This document shows positions 9,958-18,880 of a DNA stretch of 57,103 nucleotides, piece by piece. Location of the stretch: positions 1 through 57,103 of the forward strand of contig CAYVXX010000001.1 in the NCBI GenBank assembly GCA_964454305.1, written 5' to 3'. The notes beneath the pieces are model-generated. The model was not told the origin of the DNA. It made no database searches and saw only the letters and a program-made list of their open reading frames with translations. Source of the DNA: an uncultured Syntrophales bacterium (lineage in GTDB: Bacteria > Desulfobacterota > Syntrophia > Syntrophales > JADFWA01). Position numbers and translations under genes: made by a program. How positions within the stretch are numbered: position 1 is the stretch's first letter; every line of letters starts with the position of its first letter.

Positions 9958-11337
9958 TTACTCAAATTCTATACCATACTTTTCTAATTTCCTCTCAAGT
10001 GTAGGCCGCGAGATACCAAGTATTTCGCAGATTTCACCCTTATTCTTGCCAGTTTTCTTGATAACCCGCCTTATATGCTTCTTCTCTATCTCATCTATGG
10101 TACAGATTTCAAAATCCTCATCTTTTTCATTTCCTTCGCTTATCGTCTCACTCTGATTTTCTCCTTCGGGAAAGTCTTCCAACAGATCAGGGAAGTCACT
10201 TTTTCCGAGAACCTGCCCCTTAGTTATAACAACGGCTCTAACCAGAAGATTCTCCAGCTCCCTGATATTTCCAGGCCAGCTGTATTTCATGAAGATGTCC
10301 ATCATCTCACGGGATACACTGACAACATTTTTATGTAAATCACGATTGATTTTTTTGAGGAGATAGTCGACAAGAGGGCTGATATCCTCACTTCTCTTTC
10401 TCAGGGGAGGAATGTTCATCGATACAATATTCAGGCGATAATAAAGATCGTCTCTGAATTTACCTTCTTTCACAAGTTTCCTTATGTCCTTATTGGTAGC
10501 AGCGATTATCCTTGCGTTAACCTTTACTCTATCTTTCCCGCCAACTCTCTCAAACTCCATTTCCTGCAATACTCTTAAAAGCTTGGCTTGAAGATTTATT
10601 GACATCTCGCTGATCTCATCCAAAAAAACTGTGCCGTAACGGGCAAGCTCAAATTTGCCCAATTTTTTACTTATCGCCCCCGTAAAGGAACCCTTCTCAT
10701 GACCGAAAAGTTCAGATTCAAGGAGGGTATCAACAATGGCGGAACAGTTTATCGCTATATAAGGCTCGCTGCTCGACGTGCTATTATGTACAACCTTCGC
10801 GATCAGTTCCTTGCCAGTTCCACTCTCTCCTTGAATAAGCACTGTTGTTTTGCTCTGAGAAACAACCCCAATGGTCTTAAAAATTTCGCTCATCGCACTG
10901 CCCGTACCAATAATATCTCCGACCTTGAAATCCCTCGAAGGCTCCATGAGGAGACCGTTTATTTTCCTCTCCATTTCAAGGGTTGTTAATGCCTTCCGAA
11001 TAGCCATGTCCAGCTCATCAACATCAATAGGTTTGTGAATGTAATCAAAAGCCCCCTCCTTCATTGCCTTAATAGCCGTATCCATATCATGATGAGCGGT
11101 AATCATAATCACTTTGGTACCTTCATCATCCCCTTTCAGATCCTCCAATACAGTAAAACCATTAATGTCCGGAAGTCTTATGTCCAGGATTACAACATCA
11201 GGCGAAACCTCAACTACCTTGTTCAACCCATCAGTACCGGTCAGTGCGGTATGTACTTCATACCCTTCTTCAGTCAAATATAGTTTGAGGGTCTCACATA
11301 TAGAGCTATCATCATCAATTACAAGAACTTTCGACAT
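9958..11337 (-). CDS. Sigma-54-dependent response regulator (REC-AAA+-Fis HTH, NtrC family)
   Basis: VLVIDDD...LDIRLP receiver, GESGTGKE, ESELFGHEKGSFTGA, WPGNIREL, LGISRPTL; start moved to the ATG at 11337. Confidence 0.93.
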   Translation of the reverse strand: MSKVLVIDDDSSICETLKLYLTEEGYEVHTALTGTDGLNKVVEVSPDVVILDIRLPDINGFTVLEDLKGDDEGTKVIMITAHHDMDTAIKAMKEGAFDYIHKPIDVDELDMAIRKALTTLEMERKINGLLMEPSRDFKVGDIIGTGSAMSEIFKTIGVVSQSKTTVLIQGESGTGKELIAKVVHNSTSSSEPYIAINCSAIVDTLLESELFGHEKGSFTGAISKKLGKFELARYGTVFLDEISEMSINLQAKLLRVLQEMEFERVGGKDRVKVNARIIAATNKDIRKLVKEGKFRDDLYYRLNIVSMNIPPLRKRSEDISPLVDYLLKKINRDLHKNVVSVSREMMDIFMKYSWPGNIRELENLLVRAVVITKGQVLGKSDFPDLLEDFPEGENQSETISEGNEKDEDFEICTIDEIEKKHIRRVIKKTGKNKGEICEILGISRPTLERKLEKYGIEFE

Positions 11338-11458
11338 GCCACCACTCCCTAAATATGGTGATTGTAAGTTTCTATCGGCTAAAACCGTACAGACTGAGAG
11401 GCATAAAGGAATCAAACGATAAAGTGCGGCCCGATGGTTTCATCGGCCTTTTAAGGGC

Positions 11459-14116
11459 TTACGCCTGAATCTCCAATCCTTCTCCCGTCTCCTCACTGAA
11501 AACAAGAAATGTGATACGAACTGTCGTTCCTTTCCCCTTTTCACTTATGACCTCTACCGTTCCATGGTGCAGATCAACAATCTTCTTAACCTGGGTTAAC
11601 CCAAGACCGGTACCGTATTTCTTATTCGTAAAAAATGGGTTGAATATATGGTGAAGGTCTTCCTTATCAATGCCACAACCATTATCCTTGACTTCAATAA
11701 CAAGGGATTTATACTTATTTTTAACCAGTTCCGTCGATATTAAGAGTTTTCCCCGATCCTCCATTGCATCAATAGCATTGAGATAGATATTTAAAAATGC
11801 CTCCTCCAACATAGCCGAATCAAATTTCACAAGCGGAATTTCTTTATCATATGTACTCTGGATACTTATCTTTTTATCCGTTATTTCCTTTTCAGCCATT
11901 GCCAGAGATTCTTTAAGAGCTTTATTGATATCAGCAGGTTCCATTTTAGCTTCTCCAGGCCTGGCAAAAATAAGGATATCTCTTACCAGCTTCTCCAGGT
12001 GTTCAACCTCTTTCTCGGCAATCTCAAATCTTTTCAAATCATTTCCTGAAGGTTTAAGCCTTTTTTCCAGGATTTGAAGGCTCATCTTGATAGAAGAAAG
12101 CGGGTTCCTGACTTCGTGTGCAATACCGGCGGACAGCTGTCCCACAGCAGCAAGCTTCTGGCTCTCATAGAATTTTTTTTCAAGGTTCTTGAACTCCGTA
12201 ATGTCCCGTTGAACAACAACATATCGGTCAGTGCCTTTAATCGGCCCGGAGGTCAACAATAAATTTCTCACCGAACCATCCTCTTTTTTTATCTCGATCT
12301 CGAAAGGTTTATATATCCCTCTCTTTATCTCCTTCCATTTTTCAAGCATGGAATCTCTGTGTTCCGGGGCAACAAATTCCGTAAAGTGTTTACCCTTGAC
12401 ATGCTGAAGGGCAGATTCGTTTTTTCCTCCCTTTGCCCGGCTGACATAATCGATAACCCCCTCACTGTTGAAGGCAAATACCCGATCGGGGGAACTGTCC
12501 AATATAGACTGGAGATAATTGTAAAGTTCTTCCATCTCATTTCTCAGTCTTACATTTTTATCCAGCTCATTTTCGAGAGTCTCGGCATACTCCTTCAATC
12601 TGATTCCCATCTCCTTCTCCAGAGAGACATCCTGAAGGGTCTCAATGACCGCGATGATCTCCCCCTTTTCATCATATATCGGGGCCGCCAGAAAATAGAG
12701 GTGTCTACCTTTACCGCCTAAGTCCTCAAAGTAATCCATCGCTCCATAAGCACCCTTTACTATCTCCGACTGCTGTACCATATTATTACCATAATACTCT
12801 TTTAATCCCTCAACATCATTATCAATAATCAGATCGGCCATAACAGGTCTCTTCTCGTGGTAAAACGGAACATACTGTTTGTCAGTATTTATCATCTCCT
12901 TGCCGTCAAAATTGGTCAACTCAGTGCAGGCCTTGTTCCAAAGGATAATTTTATGCTCCCTGTTCAGGACAAATGTCGGTATGGGAGACCCTTCTATGAT
13001 TCCTTCAATGGTTTTCTTCTCCCTGGCAAGCTTTTCCTGCCAGATACTCTTTTCCTTCAGGTGCTTCAGTTCCTCCTCGAGACGCAGCCGCTTCCTCCCT
13101 GAATTAATCACAAATATGCTTCCGATAATAACGGCAGCAATCAACCCGGCAGCCACAGCCATGACAGTGAGAAAAGTTTTACGTAAAAGTGAAATGACCA
13201 CATCATGAGGAGAACTGATGGCGATCGTCCATTTTCGTATGCCAAGGTTAACCTTGGCATAGGCGACAACGCTTTTTTCAATACTGCCACTATCTCCTAT
13301 CAGCAAATATTCACCGTATCCCCCTTCGCCTTTTAGTAAAACATCTTTCAGGGAAGCTGTTCCCTCAGACTTCGCACCCTCAAGTATCCCTACATCCTTT
13401 CCTACAAATTCAGCATCAGGGTGAACAAGTATTGTACCTCTATCATCCACCATCCAGGAATAGCAAGACACCTCACATTTAACCGGCCTGATATACCGAT
13501 CAATTATTGTAGAAAGAGAAAGGGCAGCAAAAACCACACCGGAAAACTCATTGTCGGAATCATACCGGGGGACAGCAATAATAATAGACTTAGATATATT
13601 TTCCACGTCCTTACCTTTTTTTTCACCCATCGGTACCAGATCGCTTATATATGGAATCCCTGTTTCCTTTACCTCCTGAAAATAGCGGTAAAATTCAAAA
13701 CTTTTACCCTTTATTCCTTTCATGTAAGAAGTTGGGTAAGTGCCTATGGCGACTCCCTCTTTATCTTCTATGGCTATAAAATTAACCTTCCCTTCCAAAT
13801 CATTATAAATTACCTTCAGACTCTGGCGTGTGGCTTCGGGCATAGTTCCTTTAACACATGGAAGCTTGGACAGATTTATCATACTTTTTTCGACGCCACC
13901 GATGAGATCCTCTATCCCGGTAGCTGTCCCACTGGCAATAACCAGTTGCTGCTTACTGTACTGCTCTACCATATCTTTTTCCCTTGCACTATTGATAACC
14001 AGCGCAAACAGGACAATCATGGAAACAACAGTTAAAGTGGCCACCCAGATGGAAAGCGTTGAATTGATTTCAAAACGCTTATTTTTACCGCTGGACTGGG
14101 TTTTGTGCATAGTCAA
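11459..14116 (-). CDS. Sensor histidine kinase (TM-Cache-TM, two PAS domains, HisKA, HATPase)
   Basis: Two TM segments flanking a domain with YSWMVDDRGTILVHP; PAS-like segments; AHEVRNPL, NAIDAM, DNGCGI, GTGLGL. Confidence 0.92.
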   Translation of the reverse strand: MTMHKTQSSGKNKRFEINSTLSIWVATLTVVSMIVLFALVINSAREKDMVEQYSKQQLVIASGTATGIEDLIGGVEKSMINLSKLPCVKGTMPEATRQSLKVIYNDLEGKVNFIAIEDKEGVAIGTYPTSYMKGIKGKSFEFYRYFQEVKETGIPYISDLVPMGEKKGKDVENISKSIIIAVPRYDSDNEFSGVVFAALSLSTIIDRYIRPVKCEVSCYSWMVDDRGTILVHPDAEFVGKDVGILEGAKSEGTASLKDVLLKGEGGYGEYLLIGDSGSIEKSVVAYAKVNLGIRKWTIAISSPHDVVISLLRKTFLTVMAVAAGLIAAVIIGSIFVINSGRKRLRLEEELKHLKEKSIWQEKLAREKKTIEGIIEGSPIPTFVLNREHKIILWNKACTELTNFDGKEMINTDKQYVPFYHEKRPVMADLIIDNDVEGLKEYYGNNMVQQSEIVKGAYGAMDYFEDLGGKGRHLYFLAAPIYDEKGEIIAVIETLQDVSLEKEMGIRLKEYAETLENELDKNVRLRNEMEELYNYLQSILDSSPDRVFAFNSEGVIDYVSRAKGGKNESALQHVKGKHFTEFVAPEHRDSMLEKWKEIKRGIYKPFEIEIKKEDGSVRNLLLTSGPIKGTDRYVVVQRDITEFKNLEKKFYESQKLAAVGQLSAGIAHEVRNPLSSIKMSLQILEKRLKPSGNDLKRFEIAEKEVEHLEKLVRDILIFARPGEAKMEPADINKALKESLAMAEKEITDKKISIQSTYDKEIPLVKFDSAMLEEAFLNIYLNAIDAMEDRGKLLISTELVKNKYKSLVIEVKDNGCGIDKEDLHHIFNPFFTNKKYGTGLGLTQVKKIVDLHHGTVEVISEKGKGTTVRITFLVFSEETGEGLEIQA

Positions 14117-14293
14117 TTACTCCCTTCTTTGACCTTTCTCCTTATGTTCTTTAACAGCCATCAATATATAAACACCCACAGCAGCACCCAACGAAATAAG
14201 AAGCTTGGTTAATCCACTCTCAATATCAATAACCTTGTCACAGATAAGCCAAACAACCAGGTATGTTACAGCGGTCAATACTTCCTGTATCAT
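14117..14293 (-). CDS. Small two-helix membrane protein, 58 aa (paralog of 49018..49251)
   Basis: Below the ORF-track cutoff. Translates as MIQEVLTAVTYLVVWLICDKVIDIESGLTKLLISLGAAVGVYILMAVKEHKEKGQRRE; AAAGGA RBS; stop abuts the kinase start; many differences from the paralog are synonymous. Confidence 0.75.
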   Translation of the reverse strand: MIQEVLTAVTYLVVWLICDKVIDIESGLTKLLISLGAAVGVYILMAVKEHKEKGQRRE

Positions 14294-14572
14294 TTTATCC
14301 TTTCACAACCTGAAATCAAAGTTCCAGAACTTTCATCCATTCTCTCACGAATAAACTTATCTAGGTCTTGCATATTATCGTTCCAACCAAAATATTTCAA
14401 TAAAAATATACTGATATATGAGCCAATTTTAAAATTCGTTAAATTCACGGATCGCAATTTAACAAGACGTTAAACTATGCTTTTTAGAAAAATATCAAGC
14501 ACAGAAACCCAAAATTTAAATTATACGAACGTTTATGCTATGTTAAAGCAGAAACCTCAACCCATAATGAAG

Positions 14573-14588
14573 TGGCATAACTGTTGCA
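14573..14588 (+). promoter_or_regulatory. Sigma-54 (-24/-12) promoter upstream of atpE
   Basis: TGGCATAACTGTTGCA has GG-N10-GC spacing and is close to the TGGCACG-N4-TTGC consensus; adjacent to an NtrC-family system. Confidence 0.7.
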
Positions 14589-14696
14589 ACATCCCCTTCC
14601 AGTTCTCAAAGATTTCCCCTTTTACAAAAACACTCTTTATGCTATAAAGGTAAAAGGGGAAGATAAAAACTAATTAACAATGGAAGGAGAATAAAA

Positions 14697-15071
14697 ATGT
14701 TTCAGAAACTCAGAAAGATGTTATTAACCCTCTTAACAACAACGGCTGTCCTGCTAATATCTTCACCAGTGGCCTTTGCTTCGGAAGTACTCCCCACCGG
14801 TGAATCGTACGTAAAAGTTGCCTTTGCTGTAGGCGCCATGCTTGCAGCTGGTTTTGCTATCGGCATGGGTGCAATTGGTGCGGGTATGGGAATAGGTCAG
14901 GCCGCTAACGGAGCATGTACAGCAGTTGGAAGAAACCCCGGAGTTCAGGGAAAGATATTGATGACGATGCTTGTAGGTATGGCCATGGCAGAATCGATCG
15001 CCATATATGCCCTTGTTGTCTCGCTTGTTCTCCTTTATGCAAACCCCTACATGAGCTATTTTATTGGATAG
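14697..15071 (+). CDS. atpE: ATP synthase F0 subunit c, stand-alone, with a signal-peptide-like N-terminal extension
   Basis: [10 protein letters not shown] glycine motif, GRNP loop, ion-binding Glu in AESIAIY, YANP C-terminus; GGAG RBS. Confidence 0.9.
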   Translation: MFQKLRKMLLTLLTTTAVLLISSPVAFASEVLPTGESYVKVAFAVGAMLAAGFAIGMGAIGAGMGIGQAANGACTAVGRNPGVQGKILMTMLVGMAMAESIAIYALVVSLVLLYANPYMSYFIG

Positions 15072-15111
15072 TATCAGACAATCCACTTCAAAAACACAGC
15101 TAGGGGGGGAA

Positions 15112-16434
15112 ATGATAATGGCAGAAACTAAAAAAGTACAGCAGTTATTCACTGTAGGGAGGATCTTCTTCCTGCTTATCGTAATCCCCTTATCACTCAT
15201 GGCTCTTCTTATAGCCAATGGCATATTCAAAGTGGGAGAAACAACGAGGCAGCGGGCAACCGCAGCCTTAGACGAAAAATCCCAAAATGAAATAAAGATA
15301 CGTGCCATCAATACGGCTGAAGACGTTGCCAATTTCCTCGGGGAGAGAAGGAATGATCTTATGATTGCAACGATTATTCCGACAACCGATTCTATATACA
15401 AGGAGTTTATAAGCAAGAAGAATAGTTACATATGGGTAAAGGAAGGTGACAAAGTTCAAAAGGTTCTGGCCCCTCTCTACACCGAGATGTCTCTGATTGA
15501 TAGCACTGGTAAAGAATTGATAAAAATCACTAACGGAAAGATAGTGCCAAAATCAAAGCTGACAAACGTGAGTAATCCTGCAAACACAACTTACAAATCT
15601 GAGGATTATTTTGGCAAGGCCAGTAAACTCAAGAAAGGGAACGCTTACATTTCTCACGTCACAGGCTGGTATGTAGACAGGTCTGATTTTGAAAAGGGAA
15701 AAAGGTTTATGGGCGTAATTCGTCTGGCCACTCCCTTATTTGACGAAAAAGGGTTTGCGGGGATAATTGTCCTTGCTCTTGATACAAGGCACCTTGCTGA
15801 GTTTACCGATCATGTTGTGCCGACTCAGTCTGAATATGTTGTCGAAGCAGATGCATCAACCGGCAATTATGCCTATATGGTGGACAACAGAGGATTCATT
15901 ATTTCTCATCCGAATGATTACCATATAATTGGTTTTTATAGCAATGGTCGTCCTGCCATGCCGCTTACTGAAAAAACCACAAATGCTCTAACTGAAAAGG
16001 GAGAAGAGGTATTAAATCTCAATCTTCTTGGTTTCATGGATAGAGGCATGCCGGAAATTGCAAAGGATGCGGCTGCGGGAAATTCCGGGATTAAGACCTA
16101 CAAATTCAAAAATCACACAAAATTTGTTGCTTATGCACCAATTAAGTTCTATGCGGAAAGCTACCCAAAGCCTGGTGGATTCGGGTGGATAGGAATGGGA
16201 GTAGATGTAGATAAGTTCAATACTCTTGCCAGGGCTTACTCCGAGAATGTGGAGAAAGAAGTAAAATCATGGACAACGACAATCGCCATGATAATTGTTA
16301 TTTCAGTTATTTTACTTTTCCTCATTACTGCAATTCTCGTAAGGGGAATTTCACGTTCGATAGAAGCGGAAATACCTGAAGGCGCAGAAAGCGTAAATGA
16401 TTACTATGAGGATGAGGACGAAAAAGAAGAATAA
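15112..16434 (+). CDS. Membrane-anchored Cache-domain sensor-like protein with no cytoplasmic output domain
   Basis: N- and C-terminal TM helices; YAYMVDNRGFIISHP and GWIGMGV Cache-like motifs; only a ~30 aa acidic tail after the second TM. Confidence 0.72.
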   Translation: MIMAETKKVQQLFTVGRIFFLLIVIPLSLMALLIANGIFKVGETTRQRATAALDEKSQNEIKIRAINTAEDVANFLGERRNDLMIATIIPTTDSIYKEFISKKNSYIWVKEGDKVQKVLAPLYTEMSLIDSTGKELIKITNGKIVPKSKLTNVSNPANTTYKSEDYFGKASKLKKGNAYISHVTGWYVDRSDFEKGKRFMGVIRLATPLFDEKGFAGIIVLALDTRHLAEFTDHVVPTQSEYVVEADASTGNYAYMVDNRGFIISHPNDYHIIGFYSNGRPAMPLTEKTTNALTEKGEEVLNLNLLGFMDRGMPEIAKDAAAGNSGIKTYKFKNHTKFVAYAPIKFYAESYPKPGGFGWIGMGVDVDKFNTLARAYSENVEKEVKSWTTTIAMIIVISVILLFLITAILVRGISRSIEAEIPEGAESVNDYYEDEDEKEE

Positions 16435-16442
16435 AAAGTAGT

Positions 16443-16481
16443 AAAAGGCCGGGGGAGGTTCAACTGCTCCCGGCCTTTTTT
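16443..16481. terminator. Bidirectional Rho-independent terminator
   Basis: aaaaggccggg...cccggcctttttt between convergent genes. Confidence 0.8.
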
Positions 16482-16599
16482 GAAGCGTCCTTCTTCCCCT
16501 ATATCCCAACCACTTATTAGACCTGCCGTGAAACCAGAAGCCAGAAATCAGTATCCAGAATTTAAAATGCAAATGGAGATTCAGACTTCTGATTTCTGT

Positions 16600-18165
16600 C
16601 TACTGGACGTCTACTTCTGAATAGTAATGCTTTAAAATATCCCTACAGGAATGCCCTTCTTTGGCCATCACATATGCTCCCCACTGACTGAGCCCAACAC
16701 CATGGCCGTACCCTCTGCCGTCAAAACGAATCCCGTTCCTTTCTCTTGTCATGGTAAAGAGAGTGCTTTTAATCATTGTAGGATCTACTTTGATACGAAA
16801 GTTATTGCTGGAAAGGATACTTTCCCCACCGCTATGCAATATCCTTACTCTCTTAACCCTGCCACTGGGACTGACCTCGACGGTGGCAATCTCATATATA
16901 TCACCAATATCAAAACCACGTTTATTCAGGGCACCTTTTATCTCATCAAGGCTCAAAAATAGCGTCCATAAATAATTGGGAGCTTTTGTACTATAGCTAT
17001 CCGGAATACCTTTAAGATAAGGAACATCCGCTGTCCATACATTCTTTGCATTCTCGGTTCGTCCACCGCTGTTTGAATGGAAATAGGCCAGAACCGGCTG
17101 ATTATCGTAAATAAGTATTTTCCCCCTGGTTTCATCTACAGCTCTGTTAGAATATTCAGATTCCACATCCAGTCCTCCATATACCTGAGAATACGTTGTG
17201 GAATAAACATCATAGTCTTTGTTCTCATTTTTCATCTTCTGATAAACTGCATAGCTTCTTGCTACTATTGCCTGTGCCATCAGCGCCTCTGAGGACCAAC
17301 GCGGAGACATTTCTTTTGGTACAACACCATAAAGATATTCCTCCAATCCTAAAACATTAATAACATCCACTCCTTCATCTGTGCTTTTCTGTATCCTGAT
17401 TCTTCCCCTGTAGGATTTACCGTTTACCTTCAGTATTCCCTCTTCAGATGGAAGTATAACCAACCTGCTGGAGGAGGAGGGCAAGGCAGCATCATTTACC
17501 ATTATGGTTTTAATGTGTGTCCTTACAACAGCAATCTGGTCGGAGAGTAATCTGAAAAGTGTATTCATCCCATTTAAATCCTTCACCATAAATGGGGTAG
17601 AGCAGCTTATAGTAATCTCCTTCTTACCTTCAATTATCAAGACCCTTATCTCTTTATCTATGGATATTTTGAAAGTCTCTCTTTTATCTTCCTTCTTGAT
17701 CATGATGGAGGGCTTTGAACAGATCTCGATCATAAATTCGGCAGTTCCCCTCCTCTCACCCTGGGGATACCTTTCAAGATACTTCCTGAATTGCTCCAAC
17801 GCCTCTCTATTCTTCCCTTTCTCGTAGAGGATCATCCCCGAATTGAAATAAGCATTTCCAACATATTCGCTCCTGTGATATTTTTCCTTCACAATAGAAT
17901 ATTTTTCCAGCGCCAGATCGTCATTATTCAGAAAATAACTGTAAATATCTCCTATCCTTAACACCGATTTTGCCTGCATGTCATAATCATTAGAATTATC
18001 TACAATATCCTGATAGGCACCAATTGCTTCGAGGTCAAGTCCCCTTTTAAGATAACTATCAGCCACTCTCATTGCCTGCATAACATCGTAAGTGTGACCC
18101 TTCCCCACAAAAATGAGGGACAAACCAATAAGGAAAATGCAGATCATTGGGGATTTTTTAGTCAT
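16600..18165 (-). CDS. SpoIID/LytB-family lytic transglycosylase with an N-terminal TPR region
   Basis: Signal peptide; TPR-like helices; INVLGLEEYLYGVVPKEM, ALMAQAIVARSYA, SQVYGG, GRGYGHGVGLSQWGA. Confidence 0.88.
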   Translation of the reverse strand: MTKKSPMICIFLIGLSLIFVGKGHTYDVMQAMRVADSYLKRGLDLEAIGAYQDIVDNSNDYDMQAKSVLRIGDIYSYFLNNDDLALEKYSIVKEKYHRSEYVGNAYFNSGMILYEKGKNREALEQFRKYLERYPQGERRGTAEFMIEICSKPSIMIKKEDKRETFKISIDKEIRVLIIEGKKEITISCSTPFMVKDLNGMNTLFRLLSDQIAVVRTHIKTIMVNDAALPSSSSRLVILPSEEGILKVNGKSYRGRIRIQKSTDEGVDVINVLGLEEYLYGVVPKEMSPRWSSEALMAQAIVARSYAVYQKMKNENKDYDVYSTTYSQVYGGLDVESEYSNRAVDETRGKILIYDNQPVLAYFHSNSGGRTENAKNVWTADVPYLKGIPDSYSTKAPNYLWTLFLSLDEIKGALNKRGFDIGDIYEIATVEVSPSGRVKRVRILHSGGESILSSNNFRIKVDPTMIKSTLFTMTRERNGIRFDGRGYGHGVGLSQWGAYVMAKEGHSCRDILKHYYSEVDVQ

Positions 18166-18190
18166 AACTTTTCTTTTCAAAGGAAGTATT

Positions 18191-18344
18191 GAAGCTCCCC
18201 GCAGCAAGCTGCGGGGAATCTCCGACTGTTTAGTAAGTTAGAAATTATTTTCTGCCAGAAAATAATTTCGTTAACGCATTTATCCCCTTTAGTGGGATTT
18301 ATCCCCTTTAGCGGGACTTATCCCGTTTATCGGGGTAAGGAAAA
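18191..18344. mobile_element. Palindrome-ended MITE-like repeat (GAAGCTCCCCGC family, subtype A)
   Basis: gaagctccccgcagcaagctgcgggga...ttatcccctttagtggga units...gtaaggaaaa; near-identical to 26306..26440. Confidence 0.75.
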
Positions 18345-18425
18345 TTGTTGAATCACAAACGATCATAATGGCTTAGTTCAAATTTGACAGTTGATAGCTG
18401 AATTCTGATTTTCTTGAAGGGTGCC

Positions 18426-18858
18426 GGAGCAGATCGTAAGCCGAGTTCTGTTCCCCCTCCCGGTTACCCGAAAGGGGGTGATGATCATTAATCTGGAACA
18501 ACAGTTGCCTGTTGCTTCAAGCGACACTACCCGAGAACTTCGAGCGGGCTACTCTCAAACGTTCTCCTATTTGGTCTTGCTCCAGATGGGGTTTACCAAG
18601 CTTTCCCGGTCACCCGGAAAACTGGTGAGCTCTTACCTCACCTTTTCACCCTTACCCGGTGTGATGGACAGAACCAGTCTCACCGGGCGGTATATTTTCT
18701 GTGGCACTTTCCTTAGGGTCACCCCCAGTCGCCGTTAGCGACCATCCTGCCCTGTGGAGCTCGGACTTTCCTCCGGTCCGGCATGCTATCTTTAATCCTG
18801 AAACAAATTCAGGACAAGTTCTCTGCACAACCGAACCAGCGATCATCTTACCTACTCC
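18426..18858 (-). ncRNA. rnpB: RNase P RNA (bacterial type A)
   Basis: GAGGAAAGTCCGAGCTC near the 5' end, AAAGTGCCACAGAAA, and 3' ACAGAACTCGGCTTAC; P1 pairs GGAGTAGGT with ATCTGCTCC. Confidence 0.95.
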
Positions 18859-18880
18859 GACACCACTAAAAGATGTTAAG

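Noticed and set aside
14368-14386. Sigma-54-like motif TTGGAACGATAATATGCA upstream of the 58-aa ORF and kinase
   Set aside because: GG-to-GC spacing is 11 nt rather than the required 10.
18166-18207. Longer N-terminus of the SpoIID protein in the ORF track
   Set aside because: The start lies inside the MITE hairpin; the ATG at 18165 gives a normal signal peptide.
18278-18335. Possible mini-CRISPR (TTATCCCC repeats)
   Set aside because: The units are directly tandem with no unique spacers, no cas genes are present, and they are part of a dispersed repeat.
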